From Candidatus Poribacteria bacterium (GTDB lineage Bacteria; Poribacteria; WGA-4E; JAJDTR01), in contig CBDCTK010000002.1 in the NCBI GenBank assembly GCA_965222225.1, forward strand, positions 2,528,001 through 2,592,000: DNA of 64,000 bases. Reading direction: 5' to 3'. Within the stretch, counting starts at the first letter, position 1, and every line of letters starts with the position of its first letter. The notes beneath the pieces are model-generated. The model was not told where the DNA came from, did not search any database, and saw only the letters and a program-made list of their open reading frames with translations. Made by a program: the position numbers and the translations under genes. This document shows positions 40,931 through 51,363 of the stretch, piece after piece.

Positions 40931-41779
40931 GGCTTGTGTCACAGTCTCGAGCGTCTTGTCTGCTACAAAGCCGATTTCAGTCTTGATAAGGTTTATGTCG
41001 TAGACGCAGTCGTACTCGTGTCCAGGTTTTTCAAAGTGTGACAGGTTGACGTCACTGCCCCACCAGTTTCTAAGAACCTCCGCAACGGGGATTGCCACCC
41101 AGGCTTTTGGGCCCGCTGCATTCATAATGCGAACTCCGGACTTGTAAGGGGCTTCCGCGGCCATCGTGAAGGCGCGGGCGGCGTCGCTTAGTGCCATGAT
41201 TGTGATGCCGCCCAAGGCCCATTTTGTCAGTGGGGCTGGCCCTTGGAGGGGCGGCATGCTCTCATCCGGGCACACGGATGACAGACGCAGGTTGATTACG
41301 TCAATCTCCGGGTTCTGGCGGTGATGGTACTTCGACACCTCTTCCATCAGGTATTTGGAGAACCCGTACCCGTCACGGTCGAGACACGGATGTTCGTCCG
41401 GAATAGGAACCTGGCAAGGTCTGAACATCGTGCTCTGGAAGCCCACGGCCGCAATAGAACTGGCCATCACGAACTTTGTGCACCCACGATCGATCAAATA
41501 CCGCATGAGACATCGTGTACCCTCGACGTTGACAAGCATTCCGTCGCGCTCCGCACAGCCGCCGGTCACGGCGGCCTGATGGATGACCACATCGACCGGT
41601 TTCTGGTCAAGCCGACGCAGATCCTCAAACGAACCAAAGTTGCCCCGAATCCAAGTAAGATTCGCCCCGGGCCTCTTGCGGCTCATGCAAAGCACCTCGT
41701 GCTTCACTGACATGGCTTTCGCAAGCGCTTGGCCAATGAAGCCACTGGCTCCAGTGATCAATACTGTGCTCATAGACAC
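40883..41779 (-). CDS. NAD-dependent epimerase/dehydratase (extended SDR)
   Basis: TGASGFIG, NVEGT, YGFSK. Confidence 0.92.
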   Translation of the reverse strand: MSMSTVLITGASGFIGQALAKAMSVKHEVLCMSRKRPGANLTWIRGNFGSFEDLRRLDQKPVDVVIHQAAVTGGCAERDGMLVNVEGTRCLMRYLIDRGCTKFVMASSIAAVGFQSTMFRPCQVPIPDEHPCLDRDGYGFSKYLMEEVSKYHHRQNPEIDVINLRLSSVCPDESMPPLQGPAPLTKWALGGITIMALSDAARAFTMAAEAPYKSGVRIMNAAGPKAWVAIPVAEVLRNWWGSDVNLSHFEKPGHEYDCVYDINLIKTEIGFVADKTLETVTQAAQPSVSPDAKGAGEL

Positions 41780-41875
41780 GTTCCTTTCCGCCTGAAGGAA
41801 GCGACTTCAGGTCTGCCAATTGATGACAACGCCAACAATATCCTTATCTGTTCCTTGATTGATGCGCTGAAACAT

Positions 41876-42481
41876 CTAGGGCGCGTCCATGAAGCCGATG
41901 CGATGGCTAATGCATTGCTCCCACTTCAGCGCGCCCATGGCCATATTCTTCACAACGGCTCGCCGACAGGGCCGCCAGCCGTCGTCGGACGGGAAGAACA
42001 TCTTCAATCGCCGACCGTGCGGGGGAAGAAAATGCATGGAGACCGGGGCACTGCCATAGTTCCCCTGCCAGACAAAACTGCCATGTTCACGGCAGAGCGC
42101 AATGGCCGGATCGATGCACTCGGGAATCCCCGTGCACTCAAAGACGACATCGGCCCCCTCCGGCGCGATCTTTTTCACCTCGGCTTGCACATCGCCGGAC
42201 TCACCGCTGATCGAGTAATCAGCCCCCAACTGCTTGGCGACGGCCAACCGTTTCTCATTGAGATCGACGGCCAGCACGACGCAACCGCGGTGTGCGCAGG
42301 CGGCAACAACTCCCAGTCCGATCAGGCCGGTGCCGTAGACAACAACCGTCTGGCCCATCCGGGGGTTCGTCATATCCACCCCGTACAGCCCTACGGCAGG
42401 CATCACGAACATACAGGCCACGTCCATCTCCACGCCGGGGATCATGTGGTCAACACCCTCCGTCGTGTCGGGCCTCGTCAC
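41876..42481 (-). pseudogene. Zn-binding dehydrogenase, 5'-truncated
   Basis: GTGLIG and ADVVFECTG; N-terminus replaced by the resolvase locus. Confidence 0.75.
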
Positions 42482-42498
42482 AAATCATGTCCAAGAAT

Positions 42499-43089
42499 CT
42501 AATCCCTTTTACCTAGCTTAATACCCTGATGTCGAAGGTAAGCATACAACGTGGATCTCGCGATCGACAGGTGCTCACAGATCTGTGTGGTCGATAATTT
42601 GCCCTCCTTGTAAAGTTTCTCCGCAATCATCGCTTTGTCTTTAGCTTGCGACGATAGTCCCTTTGGGCGTCCACCTTTCCGACCTCTGGCCCTAGCCGCC
42701 GCCAATCCAGCATTGGTCCGCTCCCGAATCATATCTGCCTCGAATTCAGCCAATGCTGCAAAAAGGTGAAAGGTCAGTTTTCCTTGGGGTGTAGTGGTAT
42801 CAATATTATCATTGAGGCTCAAAAGCCCTGCACCTTTTTCTTGGATTTCGTTTACGAGTACGAGTTGAACCAGGTCCTTAAGCGAACGACCCAGGCGGTC
42901 GAGTTTCCAAATGATAATGACATCTTTCGGGCGAAGATTGTCCAGAAGTTTCTGAAACTCGGGTCGTTCCTTGGTTCGACCGGTAATCTTCTCCTGATAA
43001 AACTTCTTGCATTTTGCTTTATTGAGAGCATCAAGCTGAAGTGCGAGATCTTGGTCTTCAGTTGATACCCTAGCGTAACCTATTCGCAT
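42499..43089 (-). CDS. Serine resolvase/invertase (Tn3-type TnpR/Pin) with an AT-rich res-like upstream region
   Basis: IGYARVST, KLDRLGRS, ARARGRKGGRP, C-terminal HTH. Confidence 0.95.
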   Translation of the reverse strand: MRIGYARVSTEDQDLALQLDALNKAKCKKFYQEKITGRTKERPEFQKLLDNLRPKDVIIIWKLDRLGRSLKDLVQLVLVNEIQEKGAGLLSLNDNIDTTTPQGKLTFHLFAALAEFEADMIRERTNAGLAAARARGRKGGRPKGLSSQAKDKAMIAEKLYKEGKLSTTQICEHLSIARSTLYAYLRHQGIKLGKRD

Positions 43090-43323
43090 GTATAAAAGTT
43101 TAATAAAACGTTAGTGATATGCTATTTTTATACTTTGATTCAGTATACCACTTTTTGATACCGTTTTGGAGGGTATTTCTGCAGTTACAGCGAAAAATCA
43201 GCTAAGCAAGGTGAGTTTCAAATAACGAACGTTTTTGTGAACTTGTTGAGCTCTGGATTTGGTGGGTTGATGAGGAAGATCTGCTGGACTCAGCTAAGAG
43301 TGAACTTCCTACTAAAGGACCGG

Positions 43324-44349
43324 CTACTCCCAATCCATCGGATCAATATCCTGCCACCGTTGGTCACTCTCGATCCACTTGTTCGGTGCGGTATCGATCT
43401 CGTATTTGGCAAATACTCGGTCAATCTTTCGCTTCACATCTTCTGTCAGAGTCCAGCCCAAGGCAGGCATATTATCTTCAACTTCTGCCACCGTTCGCGT
43501 GCCTACCAGTGCCGTGCTCACCGCAGGATGTGACAACACCCAGTTCAGTGCCAGCTGTGGCAGGCTTTTGCCCAGGTCTGCGGCAATGGCTTTGATTTCA
43601 TTGACCGCCTGGATATTCCGTTGAAAGACCCCTGGCACGAACAACCGCAGCGAGGTTTGAGAGCCTCCGCCTTTTCGCCAATCTCCGCCCTCAAAAACGG
43701 TGTTCTCATTAAGCACACCGCTCAGTAATCCAAAAGCCAGTGATGCATAAACCATCATGCCGATATTATGTTCCTGGGCATAGGGAAAAATCCAATTCGC
43801 CTGGCGGCGGTCAAACATATTGTAGCCGTATTGCAGCACATCTATTCTGCGTGCAGCCATACAGCGCTCAATTTCAGCCGGCGTAAAATTCGATACCCCC
43901 ACATACCGCACCTTGCCGGCCTGCACAAGTTCGTCGATGGCACCTAACGTTTCTTCAAACGGCGTATCCCGATCCGGCCAGTGTACTAGGTAAACATCGA
44001 TATAATCCGTATTCAACAGCGCCAGACTCTGGTCGATGGCTTTGTGCATCATTTGCTTGCTGCTGTCTCGACCATGCTGATATCCAGTCCCGAACTTGGT
44101 CACTAAAATCACATCTTTCCGCCGATTACCCAGGGCGCGGCCAAGCAACTGTTCGGATGCGCCCATCCCATATTGCTGAGCCGTATCAAAACAGTTGATG
44201 CCAAGATCAATAGCCCGGTTGACAGCGGCAACCATCTCCGATTCATCAAAATCCCCATACGAGCCAGCCATTCCCCAACACCCAAAACCAATGGCGGAAA
44301 CTTCGAGCTCGGTCTGTCCAAACGGACGATATTCCATATATTTCTCCAT
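43324..44349 (-). CDS. Aldo/keto reductase
   Basis: SAIGFGCWG, FDTAQQYG, YIDVYLVHWPD, GVSNF. Confidence 0.93.
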   Translation of the reverse strand: MEKYMEYRPFGQTELEVSAIGFGCWGMAGSYGDFDESEMVAAVNRAIDLGINCFDTAQQYGMGASEQLLGRALGNRRKDVILVTKFGTGYQHGRDSSKQMMHKAIDQSLALLNTDYIDVYLVHWPDRDTPFEETLGAIDELVQAGKVRYVGVSNFTPAEIERCMAARRIDVLQYGYNMFDRRQANWIFPYAQEHNIGMMVYASLAFGLLSGVLNENTVFEGGDWRKGGGSQTSLRLFVPGVFQRNIQAVNEIKAIAADLGKSLPQLALNWVLSHPAVSTALVGTRTVAEVEDNMPALGWTLTEDVKRKIDRVFAKYEIDTAPNKWIESDQRWQDIDPMDWE

Positions 44350-44350
44350 G

Positions 44351-44620
44351 TCAAACCTCCGCAAATGGCTCTGTCACGCTAACAGACGTGATGAGAGCCG
44401 TTTTCTTTTTCTTTGGCCAATTCTTGATTTCGAATTCTCGTTTCAGTGCTTCTGATCGGTTTTTACATGCTTCCGAGTAGACGACTCTAACCGGTTTATG
44501 CGCCCTGGTATACGCACCGCCTTTCTTAGCCAGGTGCTCCTGGAATCGCTGTTGGACATCGGTGGTGATTCCAGTGTAGTAGCTTTTGTCTTCGCATTCG
44601 AGAATGTAAACGTAGTACAT
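44351..44620 (-). CDS. GIY-YIG nuclease (UPF0213/YhbQ-like)
   Basis: YYVYILEC.D.SYYTGIT..R..EH..GGAYTR...ALKRE. Confidence 0.9.
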   Translation of the reverse strand: MYYVYILECEDKSYYTGITTDVQQRFQEHLAKKGGAYTRAHKPVRVVYSEACKNRSEALKREFEIKNWPKKKKTALITSVSVTEPFAEV

Positions 44621-44775
44621 GCCACAAATCATACCAGATGCGGTTTTGTGAATCCAACTTTTCCACAGCCCTTTGTCAATTCCGTCCAGTCCTCCCTTCT
44701 TTTTCATTTCCGCCCAAATTTTATAATGAGCAACAACAACACGGTGTTGTTGTTAAAAATTAAAAATATAACAAC

Positions 44776-45333
44776 ATGAACAAACAACATGTTGTTGCCG
44801 TCCTCATGACGCACAACGTCACCAACGTCATTGCGGAAAACTTAGCTAAGCAACATTCCAGTGAGCAGATCATGGCTCAAATCAGGATGTTGTCATATCG
44901 TAACGCAACGGATAATCCTGCCGGACTCTTAGTCAATTCCATCCGTGAAAACTGGGCAGCACCGGAAGCATACCTGGAAGTTCAGCATAAACATAATGCC
45001 ATGCTTGAGGAACGGAAACTACAGGCAGTCAAGCGACAACGGCTAGCGTCACAACGTAAAGCGATTGAAAAAGTCAAAGCCAACCTTACAAAAGATGAAC
45101 TCGAAAATCTCAAGCAGAAGGCGATAGATCGAGTCGCGAGGATTATGCGCAACTACTATGGTGCTGACAACTTGCCTGCCCCACTCATCAACGGCGTTAT
45201 GAACCGTATCATCAAAGAGAATTATCTAGACAACCCCCAGCAAAGAGCACCAGATCTGCTTAATGGGGGATTGACAGAAAAAACAAACTATGTTACCGTG
45301 TCGCCCGACCGTACCCTGGCGTTGGTAGTATAG
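44776..45333 (+). CDS. Hypothetical protein resembling the C-terminal part of plasmid/phage replication initiators
   Basis: NPAGLLVNSIRENW motif followed by a coiled coil; low GC. Confidence 0.5.
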   Translation: MNKQHVVAVLMTHNVTNVIAENLAKQHSSEQIMAQIRMLSYRNATDNPAGLLVNSIRENWAAPEAYLEVQHKHNAMLEERKLQAVKRQRLASQRKAIEKVKANLTKDELENLKQKAIDRVARIMRNYYGADNLPAPLINGVMNRIIKENYLDNPQQRAPDLLNGGLTEKTNYVTVSPDRTLALVV

Positions 45334-45386
45334 CAAGTTATCATTATTTTGTTATAACAAGGCACGTCAAATAGAAGGTTGTGACC

Positions 45387-45773
45387 ATGAACGAGCAAGT
45401 AGAATTCGCAACTATGAGTGACCGAGCGAGATACCTGTTCGATCTCCAGGGCTTTCTCGTCGTCAAAGGTATGCTCTCTGCCACTGAAGTGAAAACCCTG
45501 AATGAAGCCCTCGAAGCTAATCTGGACAATCGTGGAAACTTCGGGGAAGCGAACGCCATCAGTGGAAATTAGGAGGGAAGGCCTTTTGAAGGCCGTTTCA
45601 GCCCATTTCGGCACTACAAGGGCATGCTGACATGGGAGCAGCCGTGGTGCCAGCCCTTCCGTGATATGTTGGCCCACCCAAAGGTCATTCCCTACCTCAA
45701 TACGCTGCTCGGCCGAAGCTGGAAGCTAGACCAGGGCGTTGACCTACTCAATCCTGTGGAGGGTTGTGAAGGA
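45387..45773 (+). pseudogene. PhyH family pseudogene truncated by the Tn3-type MITE
   Basis: RYLFDLQGFLVVK...WEQPWCQPFRDMLAHP with an internal stop. Confidence 0.75.
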
Positions 45774-46043
45774 AGGGTACCAACCGAAATTGTGTAATGG
45801 TACACCCTAAGAAAAATTTGCTCAGTGTTTTTGGGGGTTCCGTCCACTTGCTGGTATCGTGATAGTTAAGAAACTCATCGCTGATAGTGGAAACTATACT
45901 TTGTTTTCTTTACTGAGTTTCTTAACCGCAGGAACCCAGGAAACACGTGGGTTGGAAGGACAATTCAAATCGTAAAGAAAATGAGGGTTTTCTTTACTCT
46001 CATCGCTTAGGGTGTACCATTACAGTAATTCGGTTGGTACCCT
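45774..46043. mobile_element. Tn3-family-derived MITE (270 bp)
   Basis: 38-bp IRs AGGGTACCAACCGAA(ATTG/TTAC)TGTAATGGTACACCCTAAG, ending in TAAG like Tn3 IRs. Confidence 0.85.
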
Positions 46044-46267
46044 GAATAGGGCAAGTTTTTCACAGACTCGTGCTCGTGTACGCTATCGTCTGCAACCGCG
46101 CAGCGGGAATGACAACCCCATTTTTATGTTAGCCCAAGTTGCCACCTAAAATTGATTGAACTTTTTTAACGCGGACATCCATGGAGACTGGTAAGAATCT
46201 ACGGAACCTGTATCATCTGCGTGATCTGTGTCCTACCTTTAAGTTGTGAGTTAATACGGAGGAATAC

Positions 46268-47248
46268 ATGGAAATTCCCAGAGAGAAGCTACTTGAAATC
46301 TACGAACGGATGGCAACCATCCGCCAATTTGAAGAACGGGTGCGCGAAGAGTTCGCCGCAAATCGCATTCCGGGGTTCGTCCATCTGTATGCGGGCGAGG
46401 AGGCGGTTGCGGTCGGCGTCTGCGCCCATCTCACCGATGAGGATATGATAACCAGCACTCACCGCGGCCACGGTCACTGCATTGCCAAAGGGGTCGATGT
46501 CAAGGCGATGATGGCTGAACTGTATGGGCGCGCCACCGGCGCCTGCAAGGGAAAGGGCGGCTCAATGCACATCGCCGATCTCGACCGAGGCATGCTTGGC
46601 GCCAACGGCATTGTTGGCGCGGGAATTCCGCTGGCGTGCGGTGCGGCTCTCAGTGCCCAAGTGCTTGGGACTCAGAACGTTGCTGTCAGTTTTTTTGGTG
46701 ACGGCGGCGCCAACGAGGGTAGCTTTCACGAAGGTCTGAATCTAGCCGGTGTTTGGCAACTTCCCGCTATCTTTGTGGCGGAGAACAACGGCTGGGCGCA
46801 AACGACGAGCAGCGACTACTCCGTCGCGGGCGCCGATATCGCCGGACGTGCGCGCGCTTACGGCATACGCGGCACTGTTGTTGATGGCCTAGACCTCTTC
46901 GACGTTTATGAAAAAGCGGGGGAGGCGATTGCCGCAGCCCGTGCCGGAGAGGGGCCCGCGCTTTTGGAGTGTAAGACGTATCGCTTCTACGGTCACCACG
47001 AGGGCGACAAGCAGCGCTACAGATCGCAGGAGGAAGTCGAGGAATATCGCAAGAATCATTGCGTCATCAAGAATTTCCGTGCGCGCATGACCGATGAGAA
47101 GGTGTTGACCGACGAGGAGCTTGACGAGATTGAGACGCGGGTCGAGGAGACGATAGAGTCTGCCGTGGCGTACGCGGCTGACAGCCCGTGGCCCGAGCCG
47201 AGCGAAGTGACGGAAGATGTCTACGTGAACTACAAGGAGGTGCTGTAA
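46268..47248 (+). CDS. acoA: Acetoin/pyruvate dehydrogenase E1 alpha subunit
   Basis: STHRGHGH, GKGGSMH, FFGDGGANEG, TYRFYGH. Confidence 0.85.
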   Translation: MEIPREKLLEIYERMATIRQFEERVREEFAANRIPGFVHLYAGEEAVAVGVCAHLTDEDMITSTHRGHGHCIAKGVDVKAMMAELYGRATGACKGKGGSMHIADLDRGMLGANGIVGAGIPLACGAALSAQVLGTQNVAVSFFGDGGANEGSFHEGLNLAGVWQLPAIFVAENNGWAQTTSSDYSVAGADIAGRARAYGIRGTVVDGLDLFDVYEKAGEAIAAARAGEGPALLECKTYRFYGHHEGDKQRYRSQEEVEEYRKNHCVIKNFRARMTDEKVLTDEELDEIETRVEETIESAVAYAADSPWPEPSEVTEDVYVNYKEVL

Positions 47249-48270
47249 TGAGCGAAGAACGAGAGCTGACCATGGGAGCGGCTATCCGCGAGGCGCTTCA
47301 TCATGCGATGGAGCGCGATTCTACGGTGATCATTATGGGTGAGGATGTCGTCGGCGGAGCAGGTGCGAAGTTGGAAGGTGCCGAGGACTGCTGGGGCGGA
47401 CCGTTTGGTATCACCGGAGGACTCGTGGGCAAGTATGGACGAAATCGCATTCGCGACACGCCGATTAGCGAGGCAGGTTTCATCGGCGCCGCCATTGGCG
47501 CGGCGGCGACGGGACTCAGACCGGTTGCGGCGCTGATGTTCGTCGATTTCTTTGGCATTCCTATGGATCAGATTTTCAATCAGGGCGCCAAGATTCGCTA
47601 CATGTTTGGCGGCAAGGCAAAAGTGCCCGTGGTTATCCGCGCGGCGATTGGGGGTGGGATTAACGCCGCGGCGCAGCATTCTCAATGCCTCTATTCTATC
47701 TTCGCGCATATCCCCGGATTGAAGGTTGTGGTTCCATCCACGCCGTACGATGCCAAGGGATTGATGACGGCAGCCATTCGCGATGACGACCTTGTTTTCT
47801 TCCTTGAACATAAGCGGTTGATGGGATCGAAGGGGCACGTGCCCGAAGAGTCCTATGTTGTCCCGTTAGGCGAAGCATTGGTTCGGCGCGAAGGCAGTGA
47901 TGTCACCGTGGTTGCGATCGCGAAGATGGTTGACTTGGCGCTAAGCGCGGCGGAGGGGCTTGAAGCCGAAGGGGTGAACGTCGAGGTGATAGATCCGCGC
48001 TCGTTAAGCCCGTTGGACGGCAGGACGATTGTGGATTCCGTCGAGAAGACGGGGCGGCTTGTGATTGTCGATGAGGACACGCCGAGATGCAACTTGGCTA
48101 CGGACATCGCCGCCCTAGCGGCGGACGAAGCGTTCTATAGCCTTGAAGCGCCGATTAAGCGCGTCACGCCTCCGCACACACCTGTCCCCTTCAGCCCGGC
48201 ACTGGAAAATGCCTATATCCCGTCGGAAGCCCGGGTTGTGACAGCGATTCGGGAGGTGATGGCTGCATGA
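47248..48270 (+). CDS. acoB: Acetoin/pyruvate dehydrogenase E1 beta subunit
   Basis: GEDVVGGAG...WGG, DTPISE, AAQHSQ; coupled to the alpha gene (TAATG). Confidence 0.85.
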   Translation: MSEERELTMGAAIREALHHAMERDSTVIIMGEDVVGGAGAKLEGAEDCWGGPFGITGGLVGKYGRNRIRDTPISEAGFIGAAIGAAATGLRPVAALMFVDFFGIPMDQIFNQGAKIRYMFGGKAKVPVVIRAAIGGGINAAAQHSQCLYSIFAHIPGLKVVVPSTPYDAKGLMTAAIRDDDLVFFLEHKRLMGSKGHVPEESYVVPLGEALVRREGSDVTVVAIAKMVDLALSAAEGLEAEGVNVEVIDPRSLSPLDGRTIVDSVEKTGRLVIVDEDTPRCNLATDIAALAADEAFYSLEAPIKRVTPPHTPVPFSPALENAYIPSEARVVTAIREVMAA

Positions 48271-48299
48271 AAGCAGTCGTATTTCCCAAGTCGGGCCAG

Positions 48300-48696
48300 A
48301 CCGCTAAAGGGCAGGGCTATTCGACACCTTCGGGGTCCCAGAGCACGGCATGTCATCAAAGTCGTTAGGTAAACGTGGGAGAACCTGACAATTCTCCGAA
48401 TTTTGAGTATTGGCTAACAAGTGTAAAAGCGAGGAAGCCAAGATGATTGTCAGGTAGTCGGATGGGTCATAGTACCGTAGAAGCGGAGTAATGCTCGCAG
48501 AGGGAAGGACCCTGGGCAGAATGCCCCTTTTCATCGACACGTTATGAGGTCATCAGAACCTCAATAAATAACGGCAACAAACGTGAGAAGGATAGCCTTT
48601 CGAGGCGAACCATTCTGTCTTGAGCCCATTGCCTGAATCGGGCACGATGGGTTCTAACTGGGGAGAAGCTCAGGTGACTGGGCTTCTCTACCACCC
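48300..48696 (+). ncRNA. ORF-less group II intron, 5'-truncated (end of DI through D6)
   Basis: D3 ATAGTACCGTAGAAGCGGAGTAATGCTCGCAGAGGGAAGG; D5 GAGCCCATTGCCTGAATCGGGCACGATGGGTTC; D6 with bulged A. Confidence 0.85.
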
Positions 48697-49285
48697 GCAC
48701 TTTCCCCCGTTTTGGGACAGACTCCCATCAGTGAGCTTTGCATCTAGACTGCTAGGTTTTGGGATATAGTTTGCCGCCAAGGTGGCGCACGAAACCTGAG
48801 CAGTTGTTCCATGGTCCACAGATAGTCGGTGATGCCAGCGGCCATTGCTGGGGTGCGCTGTTGCCAGACTTTTTTGCGGAGTCGTTTGATTCGGGCAATC
48901 GCTGACGTAGGCTGCCGTGGGGCACCACGAAGTTGTAGTATCCTCTTGTGAGATTTAACTCTTGTTGTAGTCCTACCTCATTCTTGGCGACTGCCAAGGT
49001 GCGTCGTGCTAGCGCAGGCACGCGTTGTCGCAGCATCAGATTGAGTCGTTCGATGAAAGCGGTGTTAATCACCTTCCCCACACTCGCCATCAGCTTGGCT
49101 TGCACTGCTTCGAGTGTTCCATAAACCACGCGACGGGTGACACTGACCAGCCGTTTCCGACGTCGCCGCTTGACGACCTGTGCATAGGTCAGCTGGGGCA
49201 AAGGACACCAACGGTCACGAAGCTTCCTACCAGATTCAGAGACTTGGCTGACCCAGTGCCCGAAGTGTGTGAGTAGTGCGATGGC
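48697..49285 (-). pseudogene. IS1-family transposase C-terminal remnant plus part of its 3' end
   Basis: YAQVVK, INTAFIERLNL.LRQ...LARRT and YYNF, then TPAMAAGIT in a shifted frame. Confidence 0.8.
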
Positions 49286-50313
49286 GTATGGTTTGTATCC
49301 ACCAGACAGACAGAACCGCGATGAGTAAAAACACATCGCTCGTTCGCAGCCACTGTCTGCGCTGAATGCGGTAAATCAGCGAAACGACAATTGCGACACC
49401 TAAAATCCCCAATAACACGTGGTGAACCGGAATATGCCAGTCACTAAAATAGACAATCGATTTGACGTCCCAAAAATAATCGGAAATATAATTGATGCAA
49501 TCTCTGTAATATCCCCTGTCATTATTCTTCAGGGTCTGCAGATAATATTCCGTCAAGACGAAGTACGCTGGCAGCATATATCCGACGAATCGAATCAGTG
49601 GCTTGAGTCTGAACAGAAAGCCCCCCAGCATCTCATACGCCCTGCTGCGTACATTTTTGGCGTTCAGAAGTTCTACTTCTGCACCCTCCTGTTTTCGCCA
49701 TGTGGGGGCAATCGCTTCATGTCCCCCAAACACAACGCAGTGACCGACATCGCCAGCAGAGCCAATCCATACGAGACGATATGACAAAGATACGTCACCA
49801 GCAGGAGAATATATAGGACAATAAGGCGATTGACGCACAGATTTTCTCGGTGCTTCCACCAATAGCCAGAGCTGGAGAAGAAAAACGAGATGCTCAGGGC
49901 GAAGTTATAAAAGCCCATAAAAAGAAGATAGTTGTAGGAAAACAGAAAGCCAAGCCAACCGAATAGAAATCCACGTTTGTGGACGGCGTCGAGAAAATAA
50001 AAAATGAGATTGGCACGAGTCCAACTGCGAACGTGAGCAGAATTTTTTCCGCAATGATCGGTGGGAAGATGTAAAGGAGTGATGCCATCGTCAGATGCGA
50101 CATCCAGTTGGGAAAGATTATGATATTCAGCTTGAAGACATCTCGTAGTTTGTAATTTTCGTGTTTGTGGCACTCTTTGAGGATTAAAGCATTGTAGATA
50201 TGGCTAGGCCCATCTTGAGACGGAAAATACGTAAAAATCCATAGCAGAGCAAGGTGCAACAACAATAAGAGAATAAATAGATGTTTCCAAGTCAGATTTC
50301 TCCAACGCAACAT
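49285..50313 (-). pseudogene. Fragmented polytopic membrane protein
   Basis: YFPSQDGPSHIYNA, FPNW and MGFYNF across several frames. Confidence 0.65.
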
Positions 50314-50324
50314 TTTCTATCGGT

Positions 50325-50644
50325 TCCCTTTCTCTCGATATGGAATTGACGGATTAACCAATGGGCGAATGGCGATGGGCGGTGTGGTTTTTACTACGAA
50401 CCTGAGGTCGGCCCCTATTTTGCCCGAAATTCGTGGTGGCGTCAAGTGAAAGATGTGGTTTTGTAGGACTGCTTCAAAGTCGATTCTTGCTGTCAGCTAC
50501 TAGATTGCCATATTCCCGTCGGATACGCTAAAGACAGGACTTTTCGGTGATAGAGTTATAGCTCTACGGGAAATGCCGGCGGGACGGAAAACAAGGAATT
50601 GCTGTTGTTCCAAAAGTGAAAAACGGGTAAAATTGCTCAGGGAT
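50325..50644 (-). promoter_or_regulatory. Composite repeat carrying a sigma70-like promoter, 5'UTR and SD directly upstream of the gene starting at 50313
   Basis: TTGACG-N17-CAAAAT at 50417-50445 on the minus strand; SD GAAAGGGA; halves match 6222-6468 and 3713-3786. Confidence 0.6.
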
Positions 50645-50713
50645 GCGTTCAAAAAGCGGTAGTGACTGCCGAATTTTAATTACTGCCAAAATTGTGGAGG
50701 ATTTACCGCCTTA

Positions 50714-51310
50714 ATGAAAACTTATCGCGCTGCCGTTATCGGCTGTAGCCGAATGGGGGCATTCATCGACAATGAAGTAACAGACTACCGCGGTCTTAAG
50801 TTGCCGTATTCGCACGCGGCCGGTTTCTACGCGGAGGAGCGAACGAATCTTGTTGCGTGCGCCGATCTCCGCCCATCGGTGATGGAGGAGATCGGCAAGC
50901 GGTGCAACGTGCCGAAAGAACGGCAGTATACCGATTATCGGGAGATGATCGAGAAGGAGAATCTTGATGTAATCAGGGTGGCGACCCAACCGGAGCATCG
51001 CGCAGAAATTGTCATTTACGCTGAAAAGGCGATGGCAGCTTCGATGGATGAAGCGGACGCGATGGTCGAAGCGGTGGAGCACAACAGAGTCGCCTTCAAC
51101 CTGGGTACGAGCAATCGCTGGCACACCGACTTTGATAAGATGAAGGAGATTATCGACAGCGGCGAGTTGGGAAGGCTTCGGCCGCTGATTATTTACGCGA
51201 ACCAAACACTATTCAACAAGGCGAGCCATAATTTTGATTTGCTCCTGCGTGTGAACAGCGACTGTCCCGCTGAATGGGTTTCGGCGCATCTGCCTGATGG
51301 TGACGTAGAT
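50714..51310 (+). pseudogene. Gfo/Idh/MocA oxidoreductase with internal deletions
   Basis: AAVIGCSRMG, YTDYREMIEKENLD, EKAMA; C-terminal domain missing. Confidence 0.75.
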
Positions 51311-51363
51311 TCCGTCCGTCGAGATGAGTCGGTTTTTGAAAATGCGGTGAGGAAGGAGGGAGC

